A DNA stretch of 64,000 bases from Camelus ferus (GCF_009834535.1 NC_045697.1:95048001-95112000); one strand, 5' to 3'; shown: positions 1 through 13,844, counted from the first letter of the stretch. The notes: generated from the letters alone by a model not told the origin. Numbers and translations: made by a program.

Positions 1-29
1 ATATTGCTTAAGAATAGTAATATATAATT

Positions 30-175
30 CTATCAGGGTTTCTTAATGGTAAACTCTTATGTCTAAAAATGCCCTATTTTGTTTCTGTAATTAAATAATA
101 CAACTGGGTAAGAATTTCAAATTTTAAAAAATTCTTTCAAAATGAAGACATCATTCCATTTCTTCTAATAAGTAG
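30..175 (-). mobile_element. Ancient L1M ORF1-region fragment
   Basis: 'gtctaaaaatgccctatttt...ctgggtaagaatttc...gaagacatcattccatttcttct' resembles antisense L1M ORF1 consensus (recalled). It may extend further. Confidence 0.5.
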
Positions 176-1494
176 ATTCACTTGACATCATCATTATTTT
201 ATTAGTTGCCTGGTTGGTCTCCCATGGCTGGTTTCCTCCCACCCCACACTGGCTCTGATCTTTGTATTCTTTCCTTTCCTCAGTATGGAATTTTATGTTC
301 CTCACTTTTCTTGGGCTTTATCTTCATTCTCTGCTTCATAACTTCCAGAAAGATTTTATCATTCTGATATGCTGGTTTCATCTCTCTTGCTTTCAATGGC
401 TACTTTGAATTTGTTATTTCTTTTTCTCTATTTCATTCAGTAAGTTACATTAGATGTTGGAATGGATGAGATCTTATTTATTCAGTTAAATATCTTGGAT
501 TTAATTTCTCCATTATGACTTAAAGTGTGCAGATTCCTTTATTTGCTTGAAGTACACTGGAGTCAACACACAAAATAGACTTCCACAGAGTATGCATGCC
601 TCTCTCTATAATTCATTTAATTCACAGTCTTCTCTCTAATGACCAACTAGTTTCCAGAACCCTATGGCTCATGCACTGTTTTCCAAATTGAAGACTTCAG
701 TTATACTCCAAAATTAATAATAAAAAGGATGTGGTAGCATTTATATTACCAGGAAAAGAAACTATCATTCAAATTGCAACTTAGGTCAATTAAATGTAAG
801 AGAAATATACTCTCTTCCACAACTCAAATTTTTAACACTGGTGATTTTCAAATATTGCAAATATGAAAGAAAACACATTTTTTTTTCTCACGCTCAAATG
901 TCAAGCGCTCACAGAGGTTTCAGGCCATATTCTGCATTGATGCAACACTATACTTTTGGGAATAACAGTGGCAGAATCATAGATATGCAGATACACTGCA
1001 AAGAGTTCATGAATTTTTCACACAGCAGATATGAACTTGTTGAATGGCAGAGTTACGGGCTGCTACAGCCAGAAGGGGTGTTTGATAATGTGTTATGTGA
1101 CATATGAAGTAACACAAAATCAATGACTTCTGTGTGGCTAGGAGTTTTTTCATACTATACTCAGCCTCAATTTATTGTTTTCCTGCCAAAAGGTGAAGTT
1201 GAACATGAACTCATTAAACAGTGCCACTTTCACAGAGAAGGGAACCAGTATAAAGGAATTAGCACAGAGACTAAGAATATTGAGGCTAAAAGCAATTGCA
1301 GTGGGTGTTTTTTAGTGTACCTGGAGGACAGATGATTGCCTTATGTCCTAGGATTGATTGCCCAGATTTGCTTATTATCTATTAAAAAACAGCAGTAGCT
1401 AGAGTAACAGAATGGCAGAAAGACAAAAATATCTCTGCACATGCAATGAATGAAATTAGTGGACTAATGAAGATTACAGAAATGGCTCACAGAC

Positions 1495-1520
1495 TGTGTG
1501 TGTGTGTGTGTGTGTGTGTG
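1495..1520. repeat. (TG)13 microsatellite
   Basis: Read directly from the sequence. Confidence 0.97.
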
Positions 1521-3499
1521 TATAATTTCTTGATCTTTTTTACTTTTTATTTATGCTTTTATGAATTTTCCAGATCTATAAAATAAGCATAAATTATTTT
1601 GCAAAAATATTTTTATTTAGTAGACGTTTTGTTATTGTGTTTGTTTCTTTTGATTATTTTAAAGGAAAAACAGAATATAATTGAGAACAAAGGGATTGAA
1701 GGAAAGGAGACATTTAAAAAAACCAGAAAAGCAGCAGTTCATCTAAGTTTTACTTCATGAAGTTTTTTCAGGTCCTTGGTGATTGAAATTTGGGCATTAA
1801 CATCAGAATTACACTGAATATCATTGTTAGTTTTCTGAGTGCAGTATTTGTAAAGTTGACTAGTTTGCATAAAATGTGTCCTTCAATATGATTTAATTCA
1901 ACTTCAAATAGATATTCTGTAGGTTGAAAAAAGAGTATTCAAGTGGAAGCCCCCTTTAAGTATTGTTATACCCAGATATCTGAACAAGAATAGTTCCACA
2001 TGACAATTACAGTTTTGGGCATGGTTTCCACAGGGGGAGTTTGCTTCAGCAGTGTTTGTTTAGTGGTTTGTTTTTTTTTTTTCCTGCCCAGGGATATTGC
2101 TCTGTTACTGAAGCATGGTGGCCAAGGCATCAGCCACTGTCAGGAATTCACTACTTAATGCTAAAAGCAAATGCTACCTAATAAAAAGATCTTTATTTCT
2201 TAGAACTCTCCCAATCCTCCTGTGAATGGGTGTTAGTGGGAAGCAAATATTTTCTGTGCCATGACCAGAGTCTTCTTGTATGATTTAGTTTCTTTCACTG
2301 TGGTATTGGTGAGAACTGACAATGAACAGATTCAATTGAGTAAGTGCCGAAATGTTCTCTATTATAGCATGCTAATAATTATGTGGCCTATAAAATTGAT
2401 TTAATTTTCACAGCATTCTTTGCATCCTATGCAAATTCTTTGGATAAAGCTAAAAGTAGAATAAATCATTAGCTATCTAAAGCATTTTTTGCATTTGCCT
2501 ATTTTTATTTTTATGAGGATGAGCTGGCTCTTTAAATCTTTCAAAATTCTGATAGAATATATTATACATTTTAGTATTAAAATTTTCCGTACAATATCTG
2601 GATTTGAAAAATAATATGTCTAAGAGCACTCTTACCAACTCTATCACAATGAAGAAAAATGAGCAGCAAAGAGCCAATATGGCCCATTTTATAGTATATC
2701 ATCTGGATGCCTGAACTGTAGAGAACTCTGGGGAATAATTAAATTTCCATACCTTATGTGGAGTGGCCATTAAAGAAGACAGTGCTATTCGTGGACCAGT
2801 TAGAAAGACTTGGGCTTATGGCTCTTTTCTTTGTAATTCTGTGGGTTTGCAATGAGTCATGATTTGAAATTCATGAATACAGAGTTTCTTCTTGTATCAT
2901 TGCATGTAGTGAATAATATACACAGTATTTATAACAGTAGAAAGAATGGGGTTTAATAGTAAATCAAACTAAGAATACATTCTGGAACTCATACTATTAA
3001 GACTTTGTAGTTTCCTATTTTATTTTTAGCTGCTTTTACTGAAAGTTTGAGGCTAAATTATGTTAATTCTCGGAGGATATAAATACACTAAAAGTCTTTG
3101 GAACACTTTCCAAACAACAGTAACTCTTTCAAGCTCTTTAGTCAGTTTTTATTGAAGTGCGTGTTAAAAGGAAGTATGTGCCTTGAAAAAAAAAGCAACA
3201 TCTCTAATCACTTAAAAGAAACTTAGAATGCTGAAAAAATAGTTCAAGACAGGGTGGGAAATGATGAGACAAATGACACTAGACAACTTAACAAGAAACT
3301 AGAAATTCAAAACAAATGCTTTATGTTGACAACAGATTTATAGAATTTCCTCTTCTAAAAGGGTCCTAACCAAAGTGTATTGAGCACCTGGTGATACAGC
3401 ATTTGGGTGTCCTAAGCTGCATTCTTTTTTCAATAGTTTTCTCTATGCAGCCTTTCTAGCTGTTGAAACCCAATTGTCTTCCAAGGCCCTGTTTCCACC

Positions 3500-3780
3500 A
3501 AAGAGTCCTTATTCCCTCTTTCAAAGGAGAGGTGTATCTGATCATATTGGCATATGATACCTCATGCGTAGTTTGGCATTTATCACAGACCACTCTATAT
3601 AATATAAGCAGAAGCTTCAAATACAATCAAGAACCAAACGGTATAATCAAGAAAGTAGGTCTTACGTTCTCCTAGGAGGGATCAGTGTTGACTGAAATAA
3701 TCTGTGAAAGCTGCAGGAAGGAAATACTTGGAATAGGCCTTGAAGAAAATGCTGAGAAGTATGTTTTTAGCAGAAAAGTC
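3500..3780 (-). mobile_element. Degenerate L2 fragment
   Basis: 'aatctgtgaaagctgcaggaaggaaatacttggaataggccttgaag' resembles antisense L2 3' region. Confidence 0.4.
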
Positions 3781-3861
3781 ACTTGAATCTGCCTGTAACC
3801 CTATTGAGAACTAGCTTGGGTGGCGATTAGAGGATAGTATTTCATAAACTGACAATATACG

Positions 3862-4805
3862 TGTTGGGGAAACTTTGTTTTTCAACCTTCTGTATGAGGA
3901 AAAACCTAGCTTTTGCTACTAGGTCTTTCTTTCCTGTGTGTCTCCTTTTCTGCTCACACAGGCCACTTCACTTCTGACACTCTGGTCACCAAATACGTGG
4001 GGTTTTTTCCCCATACCAGGCAATCCTCTGCGACACCAGCTGGTGACCTATAATTTAACTCAATTCTGACACTATCTACCTGAAATTAGCATCAGATTGT
4101 ATGGGTTAAGGGCTCTGTCCACGAGACTGCTTCCCACTTCAGATGCCAATCCCATGTAGTAGGTCCTCAAGTTACAAATTCTGTCTGTGTTGGCTAAAAA
4201 TCAGAGGTTCCCATAACCCTTCCCTCTTGGATTCAATTATTTGCTAGAGAAGCTCACAGAACTTGGGGAAACACATTTACCAGTTTATTAAAGAATATGA
4301 TAAAGAATACAGATGAACTTCTAGATAAAGATTCATAGGGCGAGGTCTGAAGGGTCCTGAGCACAGGAGTTTCTGTCCCTGTGGAGTTGGGATGCGTCAT
4401 GCTCGTGGTGTGGATGTGTTTCCCATCCTAGAAGTTCTCCAAGCCTTCTGCTCTTTGCATTTTATAGAAGCTTCTTCATGTAGGCATTATCAACTATTAA
4501 CTTCATTTCCAGCCCCTCTCCCCTCTCTAGAGAATGAGAGTTGGGGCTGAATATTACAAACATCTAATTATGACTTGGCCTTTCTGGTGACCAGTCCTCA
4601 TCTAGAAACCTACCTAGAATTGTCTCATTAGAACAAAAAATGCTCCTAGGAATTTACAAGGGCTTTGGGAGCTCTGTGTCCAGGGTGAAATATTAGAACA
4701 AGAGATGCTTCTGGTATTCTTATCATGTAGTGAAATTACAAGGATTTTAGGATCTCTGTGCCAGGAACTAGGAGCAGAGACCAACATATATATTTCCTGT
4801 TAATT
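3862..4805 (-). mobile_element. MER21-like solo LTR
   Basis: Starts TG. Contains 'tcaattctgacactatctacctg', 'cttcagatgccaat', 'ttgctagagaagctcacagaact', 'ccagtttattaaag' (AATAAA on minus) and the internal duplicated 'attagaacaa..atgct..ctctgtg' unit (~4628 and ~4692) typical of the MER21 group. Right end approximate. Confidence 0.8.
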
Positions 4806-5119
4806 CTGTGAGGTTAGTGGAAACTGAATTTGAAGAAGTCTGATTAATCTTATTGTCACAGGAGTGAGGAAGATTATTAAGATGATATAAATATTATAGG
4901 TAGGATGATCAATGTTTGCATTCAATAAAATTGGATATATTTTAAAAATGACTCTTGTTAAAGTGTTCTCTAAACGGAAAACACTGAATACGTTGACATC
5001 ATGTTAAAAAAGGAAGAATCTGAAGGTGACCCCCAGGTATTTATATCTAGTATAGTGGAAGCATAGTTATTAATTTTAATTTATTAAATAAGTTTAATGT
5101 TCCAGAAACTTTTTACTCC

Positions 5120-5270
5120 TTCAGCTTTTTAATTCTCATGAGAGTTATAGAAAGTAATTAACAGCTGTTTCAAAAATGAGTTCAAAGAGCTTAGGTCCCA
5201 CAATTGGTAAATAAAAGATGCAGATTTGAATGCCAAAATTCATCTTTTTCAGACTGGACTACACTTCTGA
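5120..5270 (-). mobile_element. Degenerate MIR
   Basis: 'taattctcatgagag...aggtcccacaattggtaaat...gatttgaatgcca' matches antisense MIR core. Confidence 0.5.
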
Positions 5271-5325
5271 AAATCTGCTAAAGTTAAGAGAATACAACGT
5301 GATGGAAAGTAAGCAGAGCAGGCAA

Positions 5326-6312
5326 TGTTGGCTGTCTAGCTGATCTCCATTCCCATCTTTTTGCTTTTTCCCAGTGGAGTCCTGACCATGCTCTGGTATT
5401 CAGGCTCCTCAGCATGCATTCCTATGAGTTTTAAAAGAGACGGGACAAAACCCAACCATTGAAGTTCATTCCCCTTATTAGTGATAACTATGGACAAAAG
5501 TATACAAAGCAAGCTAGCTAATGATACAAGGAAAAATTCCTCTGGTGGGAAATGTGCCTTTGGTTCAACAGATACACAGGAAATTTTGGTCTCGTCTAGC
5601 TCTTGTGTCTGGATGGGATAAACAGAACTGCACGCAAGTGCTTTGTGATCACGAGTGGTATGATGGGTTGAACTGTGTCCTCCAAAAAGATATGTTGATG
5701 ATCTAACCCCCAGTGCCCCTGAATGTGATCTTATTTAGACATAGGGTCTTTGCAGAGATAACCAAGCTTAGATGAGGTCATACTGAATTGGATGGGCCTT
5801 AATTAAAGTGTCTTTAAAGGAAGAAAAGAGACAGTGACACACAGGGAGAACACCGCGAGGTGAGAGAGGCAGAGATTGGGGTGTTGTAGCTGCAAGCCAC
5901 GGAATGACAAGGATTGACAGCCACCACCAGCTAAGAAGAAAGATTTCTACTCAGAGTCTCAGAAGGAGAATGGCTTTGCTGACACCTTGGTTTGGGAATT
6001 CTACCATCAGGACTGTGAAATAATACATTTCTGGAGTTTTCAACCAACCAGTTTTTGACAATTTGTTACAGTAGCCCAAGGAAACTCATACAAAGGGTAC
6101 TTACTAACCTAAGGACAAAGCTGGCAGGTATAATGGCAGAGTGGAAAAAATAGAAGAAACTTGGATTCATTTATAATGACATCAAGCCATTCTACTAATC
6201 AACCCTAGAACCACTCTAACTTCTTATTATGTGGGATAATATAGTTTTTAATATTTATTTTACTGGGTTTTTTATAATCTATAGTAAATGCATTCTTTCA
6301 TGCATAATGCAC
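5326..6312 (+). mobile_element. Old MLT1J/K/L-type MaLR LTR, split by MLT1C
   Basis: Left half ends 'ctttgtgatcacgag'. Right half 'aggacaaagctggcagg..atggcagagtggaaaaaatagaagaaacttgg..aaccctagaacc..cttcttattatgtgggataat' resembles the old MLT1 3' half. Confidence 0.6.
5659..6092 (+). mobile_element. MLT1C-like MaLR solo LTR
   Basis: Full-length match to recalled MLT1B/C: 'gatgggttgaactgtgtcctccaaaa...atagggtctttgcag...agatgaggtcatactg...gaggcagagattgg...ttgttacagtagcccaaggaaactcataca'. Confidence 0.9.
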
Positions 6313-6458
6313 AAGAAAATATTAGACTTTTAATGAGCTTTCTCTCCACCTCAATAAAATAATCAGTTATGATAATATAAAAATTATCCAGCACTGATGA
6401 AATTTTATAAAATAATTGAAAATGTACTAAATGCTAGGTCATTAGAAATATCTAAATA

Positions 6459-7271
6459 CAGATAGTCCTCTTTTTGCATGGTTCTGCTATGAATGCATTT
6501 CAGTTACCATAGTTTAGTTCAAGGATACCAGCCCCTCAACTACATAGTTCAAATTATAGTTATCAAGCTACATTAACTAAGAGTAATTGCATGAAGTTAC
6601 AACTTGGCTACAAACACTTCAGTCTACAAATCACTATGTAACTTAGTAGATGTACATCATGATCAGAGACGAACACTTCTTCCAAAGTCTGTTGGTGATT
6701 GATCACTGCGTAGCTGTTGGTTCATACACAGATAGTAAAGTATGTAATTATGTTCCAGTTTTGTCTCCCAGTGATGAACACACAGATTATGGATATGGAA
6801 AATCAAAAGGGGGAATTGATCACTAAAGATAAAAATGCAGCAAAGAAACTTCCCAATATTGCAAGCACGAGGTATAAAATGCTGGGAATTGATACAGTCT
6901 TAGAAGTATTCAATCTACCAAGGCATAGAAAAGATTCCTACTCTATAAGTTATACAATGAGAAGAAAAAGACAAAAGCAGTGTTCAAACTACTCTTGATA
7001 ACTTTTTGCAAAGAAATAAAACACTTAAATTTGCAATGTTTCTGGTGGTTTAAATTACAGTGTACTAAATAAATACTAGTTTTATGATTTGTTTTATTTC
7101 ATTATACATTTATAACCAACAATAAAGTAGTTTTTAACATTTTGACAAATTTTTTTTAAATCACAGAACAATTTTATTTTCCCCATTTATAATTAAGATC
7201 ACTTTGTACAGTGTCAGCTTGCATGGATATTTTGATAATCTTGTATTACCACGCAGAGTGAGGACTGTTTG
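6459..7271 (+). mobile_element. Tigger13a-like non-autonomous DNA transposon (TcMar-Tigger)
   Basis: 24-bp terminal inverted repeats (cagatagtcctctttttgcatggt vs reverse complement caaacagtcctcactctgcgtggt, 18/24 identical). Flanked by TA at 6457-6458 and 7272-7273. Internal sequence matches recalled Tigger13a. Confidence 0.88.
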
Positions 7272-7429
7272 TACTTCCAGAAACCAAAAACATTTCATTA
7301 ATTTTACTGTTTTCTGTTGCTGTTTAGAATAATTTAGAACATGTCTGTAATAAGAAATCTCAGAAAAGATTTGGAATATTTTTCTTGTGCTTAGTAATTC
7401 TACCCTAAGTAAATGAAGAGATGGCCTTA

Positions 7430-7908
7430 AAAACTGACAACTAAGGCTTTGATATTTCCAATTGGACATAAACAGTCTTCAGAGAATATAAAAAATGATC
7501 AGGCAAGTCACTGTATGATTGTGGTGAAATAAAACAGAGACAAGAACACTCCTCAACAATAACAATAATCTTCTTCCAACATGACCTATAATTGCTTCTT
7601 TACCAATGACAAACCTGTCCTCAGCTTTGGTCCTCTCCCATCCAAAAATATCATGAGTCTCAGTTACCAGATTATTCTTGTTTTCTGGTAGTATCCACTC
7701 TAAAACTGGATACTACTTCCTTAAACTCTCCATAGAATTGTTCACCACAACCTCAAATTCTATCATAATCACTTCTAAACTACCTCTTACCAAGATGCTC
7801 TATTTTTCCTTTCATGTACATCCTCCCCAACTACTGCAAGTTCAATGAACCTTACGTTATTTTTGAACATAGATGTGTTCTGGTGGCCTTTGGCCAAATT
7901 GCACTGAG
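7430..7908 (+). mobile_element. MER90/MER110-like ERV1 LTR
   Basis: 'caagtcactgtatga..tgcttctttaccaat..cttccttaaactctcc..cctcttaccaagatgc..gatgtgttctggtggcctttggc' resembles this old LTR group. Exact family uncertain. Confidence 0.6.
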
Positions 7909-8277
7909 GTTATAAATATAAAAATTGAAATAAAACTGTTCAGCTTACTTTAGTGCAATTGTATACTGCAGTGATAGATACTAAACATCATTTTATTTTA
8001 ATAGTGTATTTATCCTCTACTATGTGAGGAATGAACTTAAGTAGGGATTTCTGATATATGTTAACAAAGCAAATAGAGTATATTGTAGAAAAGTATCTGT
8101 AAGTGGAAGTAGTACTAAGATGATATTTTAGTGAAATGAGCATATTTTAGGCATTTTATAATTTGACCTTAGGAAAACATAAAATGGAAATATTACACAT
8201 GATATTTTTTCATATACTTTGGAAAATATATTTATCATACAATGCATAAAATGATACTGGAAGATTATTTCTCTGTT

Positions 8278-9428
8278 ATTTTATTTTATTTTTTTAATTG
8301 AAGTACAGTCAGTTATAATGTATCCATTTCTGGTGTATAGCACGATGTCCCAGTCCTGCATCTACATATATATATATATATATAAATTTTCATATATTTT
8401 TCACTAAAGATTATTACAGAATATTGAATATAGTTCCCTGTGCTATATAGAAGAAATTTTTTAATCTATTTTTATATATAGTGGCTAACATTTGGAAGTA
8501 TCAAACTCCCAAATTTATTCCTTCCCCTCAGTAACCATAAGATTGTTTACTATGTCTGTGAGTCTGTTTCTGTTTTGTAGATGAATTAAAAAAAGTGTCC
8601 TCTTTTTTCTTTTTTTTAGATTCCATATATGAGTGATATCATATGGTATTTTTCTTTCTCTTTATGGCTTCACTTAGAATGATGATTTCTAGGTCTATCC
8701 ATGTTGCTGCAAATTGCATTATTTTATTTTTTTTTATGGCTGAGTTGTATCCCATTTTATAAATATACCACTTGTTTAAATACATAACTTCTTTATTCAG
8801 TTATCTGTTGATGGACATTTAGGGTGCTTCCAGGTCTTGGCTATTGTATACGTTGCTGCTGTGAACATTGAGGTCCATGTATCTTTTTGAATTAGAGTTC
8901 CTTCTGGATATATGCCCAGAGTGGGATTGCTGGATCATATGATAAGTCTATTTTTAGTTTTTTGGGGAATCTTTATACTATTTTCCATAATGGCTGCACC
9001 AAACTACATTCCCGCCAGCAGTGTAAGAGGGTTTCTTTTTATCCACACCCTCTCCATCATTTATCATTTGTAGACTTTTGAATGATGGCCATTCTGACTG
9101 GTGTGAAGTGATACCTCATTGTAGTTTTGATTTGCATTTCTTTGATAATTAGTGATATTGAGCATTTTTCATGTGCCTATTGGCCATTTGTATGTCTTCA
9201 GAGAATTGCTTGCTTAGGGCTTTTGCCCATCTTTAGATTGGGTTGTTTGTTTTTTTCTTATCAAGTTGTATAAACTGTTTATACATTCTGGAAATTAATC
9301 CTTTGTCAGTCACATCATTTGCAAATATTTTCTCCTATTCCATAGGTTGTCTTTTTGGTTTGGTTTCCTTTGCTGTGCAAAAGCTTGTAAGTTTAATTAG
9401 GTCCCATTTGTTTATTTCATTTTGTATT
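8278..9428 (-). mobile_element. Young 5'-truncated L1 (ORF2 C-terminus, 3'UTR, A-rich tail)
   Basis: T-rich tail at left; 3'UTR 'ttgaagtacagtcagttataatg..'; antisense ORF2 motifs 'gatacctcattgtagttttgatttgcatttc' and 'ttgctgtgcaaaagcttgtaagtttaattaggtcccatttg'. Confidence 0.95.
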
Positions 9429-11049
9429 TAAAGTGGTACATTCCTAAAAGTTACTTTTATTGAACTTCTCATATTTGTGTTTTATAGACCTTATTACTCA
9501 TATTGTAGAGACAATGGTATTTTCAATTAAAGCTTTAGTTGTATAAATGCAACTGCAGAGATTACAGTTTTGTCATGGATATATATGGTTAGTTCCAGTG
9601 GCCTCCACTTAAATGTGATACATATTTATTCTCTGAAAAAAAATGGAAAAATATTAGTATTTGTGTTTTAGAATGAATTTAACAATAATTAAATATTCTT
9701 CATGAAGAAAGAATATTTTCTCAAGAAGAAGACAAGCTTATCATAGAGCACAGAGATTTTTAATTAATGGGAGGAAAATTTTCATAAACACCAAGTAAGG
9801 AAAATTTTAACACAATCAAATTTTAAAATTAAAAAGATATACATTCTTGGTATCAAAAACAAGAAAAGTTCTCCAAAACAGAACCTTTGTACAAAGCTAA
9901 AAGCAAAAAAGTCAAAGCATAATCTTACTTTTCTGAATATATTTCTGTTATTAAGTACAGAAAAGTGATTGTACATTGACTATTTACCAAAATATTCAGC
10001 AAAATGAACTGAGCAGACTTGAACATCCCTTGTGTTATTTATCCATAATTTTTCTTAATATATAATCTCGTCTGTTGTCATTTAGATTTTCTTTATCTGT
10101 TTGCTCATTTGTACTGTTTTGCATTTACTCAGGAAATGCAAGTGGCTGATGAAACCATAAAACATTGTTCACTGATCATAACTAATGAATAAAAGAACTC
10201 ATAGTGAATGCGACCAGGGTTATTGTTTTCTACAAGATTCATAAATGTAAATACTTGAAAAGGAAATTGAAAATGTAGTTGCTAAGTGAAGCATGTTTCT
10301 GTAGGTTTTCTTTTGTAATGCCATTCTGAAGTCTCTATGTCAATCAAGATAAGACTGTTGAAATCCATTAGATAATCATATTTCATGCAAAACATTATTA
10401 TTTTTTGGCAGTGGTAATAATCTTTGTTCCTCAAAGAGCATTTTGAAATGGATTTTTATGATAAGAGTATTGACCCACTCTTGAACACTATTTGATTAAA
10501 GGTCTTTATGAAATCATTTTTAAATTTCTGAAGTTATAGGAAAGCAGATGAGGTGCCAGTGAAGTCAGAAGGTGAGGAAAACAGTGAGAGTACATGGGAG
10601 CATTAATGATTGCACTTCCAGAAACTCAGTGCATCAACAATGAAGAACATCAGTTGTCGTCCCTTTGAAGCTGCCTCAATTTGAACACATATCCTTTCTT
10701 ATAACAAGAAATATAATACATATTTGATATGGATGTTTAGATGATTAAATAAGATAATGCATGTAAAATAGTTTTTGACTTGCATCTGTATAGTGTATCT
10801 GAAGACTACCTAATTGATATGATGAAAGTAAAACTGGCTCTAGCATTTTCAAATGCATATTTGATTTGTTGAGTCTCATAATCAATTTCAATAATGAAGC
10901 TAGTCAAATGAACTGATAATGAAGAGATGTCTTTTCGCTTCTTCACAGCCTGTGAGAGTTGATGTGAAAATATAGCAGGAAACATCACAGAAGAAAACTC
11001 ACCTAGGGCTAGGGTTTCCAGTTCTGCCTCATTGTGTCCCTAATCTGTG

Positions 11050-11526
11050 CAACCAGTAAGGAAACAAGTGGGCTCCTTGCCAGCTGCACATGGAAAGATC
11101 AAATATCAAGGCAGTGGTCTTCAGCAGAAAGAGAAAAGGCTTATTGTAGGGTGGCCAAGCAGATAGGAGGCGATGCTCAGATCTGTGCCTCTGGGAGATT
11201 TAAGGTGGGAGTAGGGAATAAGAGGGGGAGGGGGCTCATATGATTGATGGAAAGAAATTTATAGGTTTCAAGAGTTCTCTGCAAGATGTCCCTGCTCTTC
11301 ATGCCTCTTTGGAGGTTCCATATGAAAATTCAGTTTGTAACATGTGGTGGGTTTTGGCCTGCAGACTAAAATTTACTGTCAGTCATCCTAGTTCCTCAGT
11401 GTGGAAGGGGCTGTCAGCAAGTTGTTTCCATATCTGCTGCTTCCCTGGAACTCAGCAAAACAAGCTTGGTGTTCTTGATGTATCATTTTGTTTCTACCTT
11501 ATGTAAGTTACACGATACCAGTTTCA
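11050..11526 (-). mobile_element. ERV1-type solo LTR (family uncertain)
   Basis: Less AT-rich block. 'gaaagagaaaaggcttattgtagggtggccaagcagataggaggcgatgctcagatctg' resembles the antisense R/U5 of ERV1 LTRs. Termini and TSD not clean. Confidence 0.55.
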
Positions 11527-12734
11527 ACTTTGAATATACATTCAGAACATTGTATTACCCTGTAGGAACATGAAGGCTCTTTCACATTAGAACTTCTTCC
11601 TCTCCCACTTATTGCATAACAACAGTAGATTCACAGCACTTGCTTGAGCTTCTTTGTCTCGGCTCCTAATGCCATTCACTTCAAAGAGACATTTTCATCA
11701 TAACTCCTAGGGTCTCTGGATTTCTACTTTAGATTTATCTATGGATTTTACTCAAACCGTGTGACAATAAATGCTGGTCTGTCCCATATGAAAGGTAGAA
11801 TTGAAAAGCATCTTACAGTCTCTGATGATTAAATTAAAGCCTTTGATTAGGAGCAAGTGTGCTAGTTGGTTTAAAAGCCCCAGTAAAGTTGAGTTTATAC
11901 ATTTGAAGTTAACATTTGTCTCTAATCCTGTTGATCTTCTGACCTTGTTTGTGCTAAATATGGGTCTATCTTTAAGTTAATGCACAATTTTATACTCTGT
12001 GGACTTAAATGCCAAAGAACTTCAAAAGCTAAAATTAATTGCAAAAATGAAAAGAAGACACACATCAAAGATTCATTTTTAAAGTTGTTATCTACATAGC
12101 ATTTTATATCCATTTAAAGCTGTTAGCTTATCCCTTATTTAGCCTCCCTTAACAATTAAAAGCTTGGTATACTGCAAGAGTGCACTTGTGGGAAAAAGTG
12201 GTATGCACTATTAAATCCTCCCTATCCTGAAGATTTTAAAGTAAAAATGTGTTATGAAATCTGTATATCCAATTTTTACTCCTCAAGTTTACAGGCAGTT
12301 TATTATTTGAAAGTACAAAATAAATATCTAAAAAATTTTATTGTGGCTTTTTTAATGCTCAGAAAAAGAAAAAAAAATAACTGTACCTAAAGATATGTAC
12401 TGTAGTTTTTACTGAGTTATATATGTAATAGTCTTAGATTTTTAAATATTTAAATATTCCTTTTCATGATTACATCATAAGAGCAGGTATTTTCAAGTAG
12501 AATTAATTTCTCATTAATCCTTAGGGACAAAAACTATATTTATAGAGGAAGTCTATCCTTTTCATTACTTACCTCCTTCAGAAAGCATAGATTTTTTTCT
12601 TTGAACAGGAAATTATATCTTAATAAAAATATCCAAGAGGTTTAGTAAAAAGATCTAGAATTTTTTGCCTACAAGATGTCAAGTATTTATATGGTTGGAA
12701 AGTAGATGCTCATACATTTTGATTTTCATACAGA

Positions 12735-13233
12735 TGTTGAATATAGTGAAGAAGCAAATTTAGGTTTATATTATTTATGGAAGAGTTTTCTCCTTCTTTG
12801 TAATTTATGGCACAGTAACATAAAGATTTCTGGCAAAATACCAAAGTGAGCTATCACCACAGATAACTGGTGTGAACTAGGTGTGTAGACAGGGAGGTTG
12901 TTAAAAATTTCATATTGTCTTATGTAGCCAGCAAATTTTTGGTAAACAACCAAACATTTCTACCTCTGTATGAATTGCCTTCCTCCTCTCTGAGGTCCTA
13001 AACCAATACAACCAACATTCTCTTTTATCTTTAAGTAGTATTTTTTAAAAAAAGGTAATATTTAAGGTGGGGGCTTCTCCATTTTGGTGAGTTGCTCAGT
13101 CCTCCTGGGTCTCTCCCATGTATACATGTTATTAAACTTTGATTTTCTCCTGTTCATCTGTCTCATGTCAACTTAATTATTAAACTAGCCAGAGAATCTA
13201 GAAAAATAGAAGGAAAAAAAATCCTGCCCAACA
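12735..13233 (+). mobile_element. MER34-like ERV1 solo LTR
   Basis: 'ctgggtctctcccatgtatacatgttattaaactttgattttctcctgttcatctgtctcatgtcaacttaatt..agccagagaatctagaa..cctgcccaaca' is a MER34-type 3' end finishing in CA. Left end approximate. Confidence 0.8.
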
Positions 13234-13299
13234 ATATATAACATAAAATATATTTTTAAAATAACAGAAAATTTAAGGGGTAGTACTTAGTTAACTTGA

Positions 13300-13805
13300 A
13301 TAAAGAAAGGACAGAGGAACAAAAATGCATAGTAGAAAGAAAACAAATATCAATATGGTGGACATAAATATAATTTTTTCAATAATTATATTAAAGAAAG
13401 TTATACTCAATACAGTTGATTAAATAAATGGTAAAAGTCTATTAAAAAGCACATAATTAAAAGGCAGAAGTGGTCAGACTGGATACAAATGCAATGTCCA
13501 GCTATATGCTGGGTACAAGATTCACACTTGAAAGTGAAGGAAAATAAAAATATTCTGTAACTAGTAAGCACAAGAAAGCTGGTGAGGTTTTATTAATATT
13601 AAAAATTGGATCTCAATGCAAAGAGCATCACAGAGACATAGAAGAACATTTCATAATGAGAAAGTGTAGACTTTTCAGGAAGACATGACAATCAGAACTA
13701 CATATGTACTTAAAAACAGACCTTCAAAATATAGAAAGCAATCAGGGAACAGAACTAAAGAGCAAATTAGACCAATCCAAAATTATAGCTAGGGACTTTA
13801 TTATA
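13300..13805 (+). mobile_element. Old L1M ORF2 endonuclease-region fragment
   Basis: 'aattaaaaggcagaagtggtcagactggata..ccagctatatgctg..caagaaagctggtg..aacatttcataatga..caggaagacatgacaatc..cttcaaaatata' are L1 EN-coding motifs. Confidence 0.8.
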
Positions 13806-13844
13806 GTTTTTTAATAGCCATCCATGTTGTTTTGTGTAGCTAAT

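Noticed and set aside
8265..9430. Possible TSD around the 8.3-kb L1 (ttatttc...tattt)
   Set aside because: Too degenerate, and the right copy can be explained as L1 sequence.
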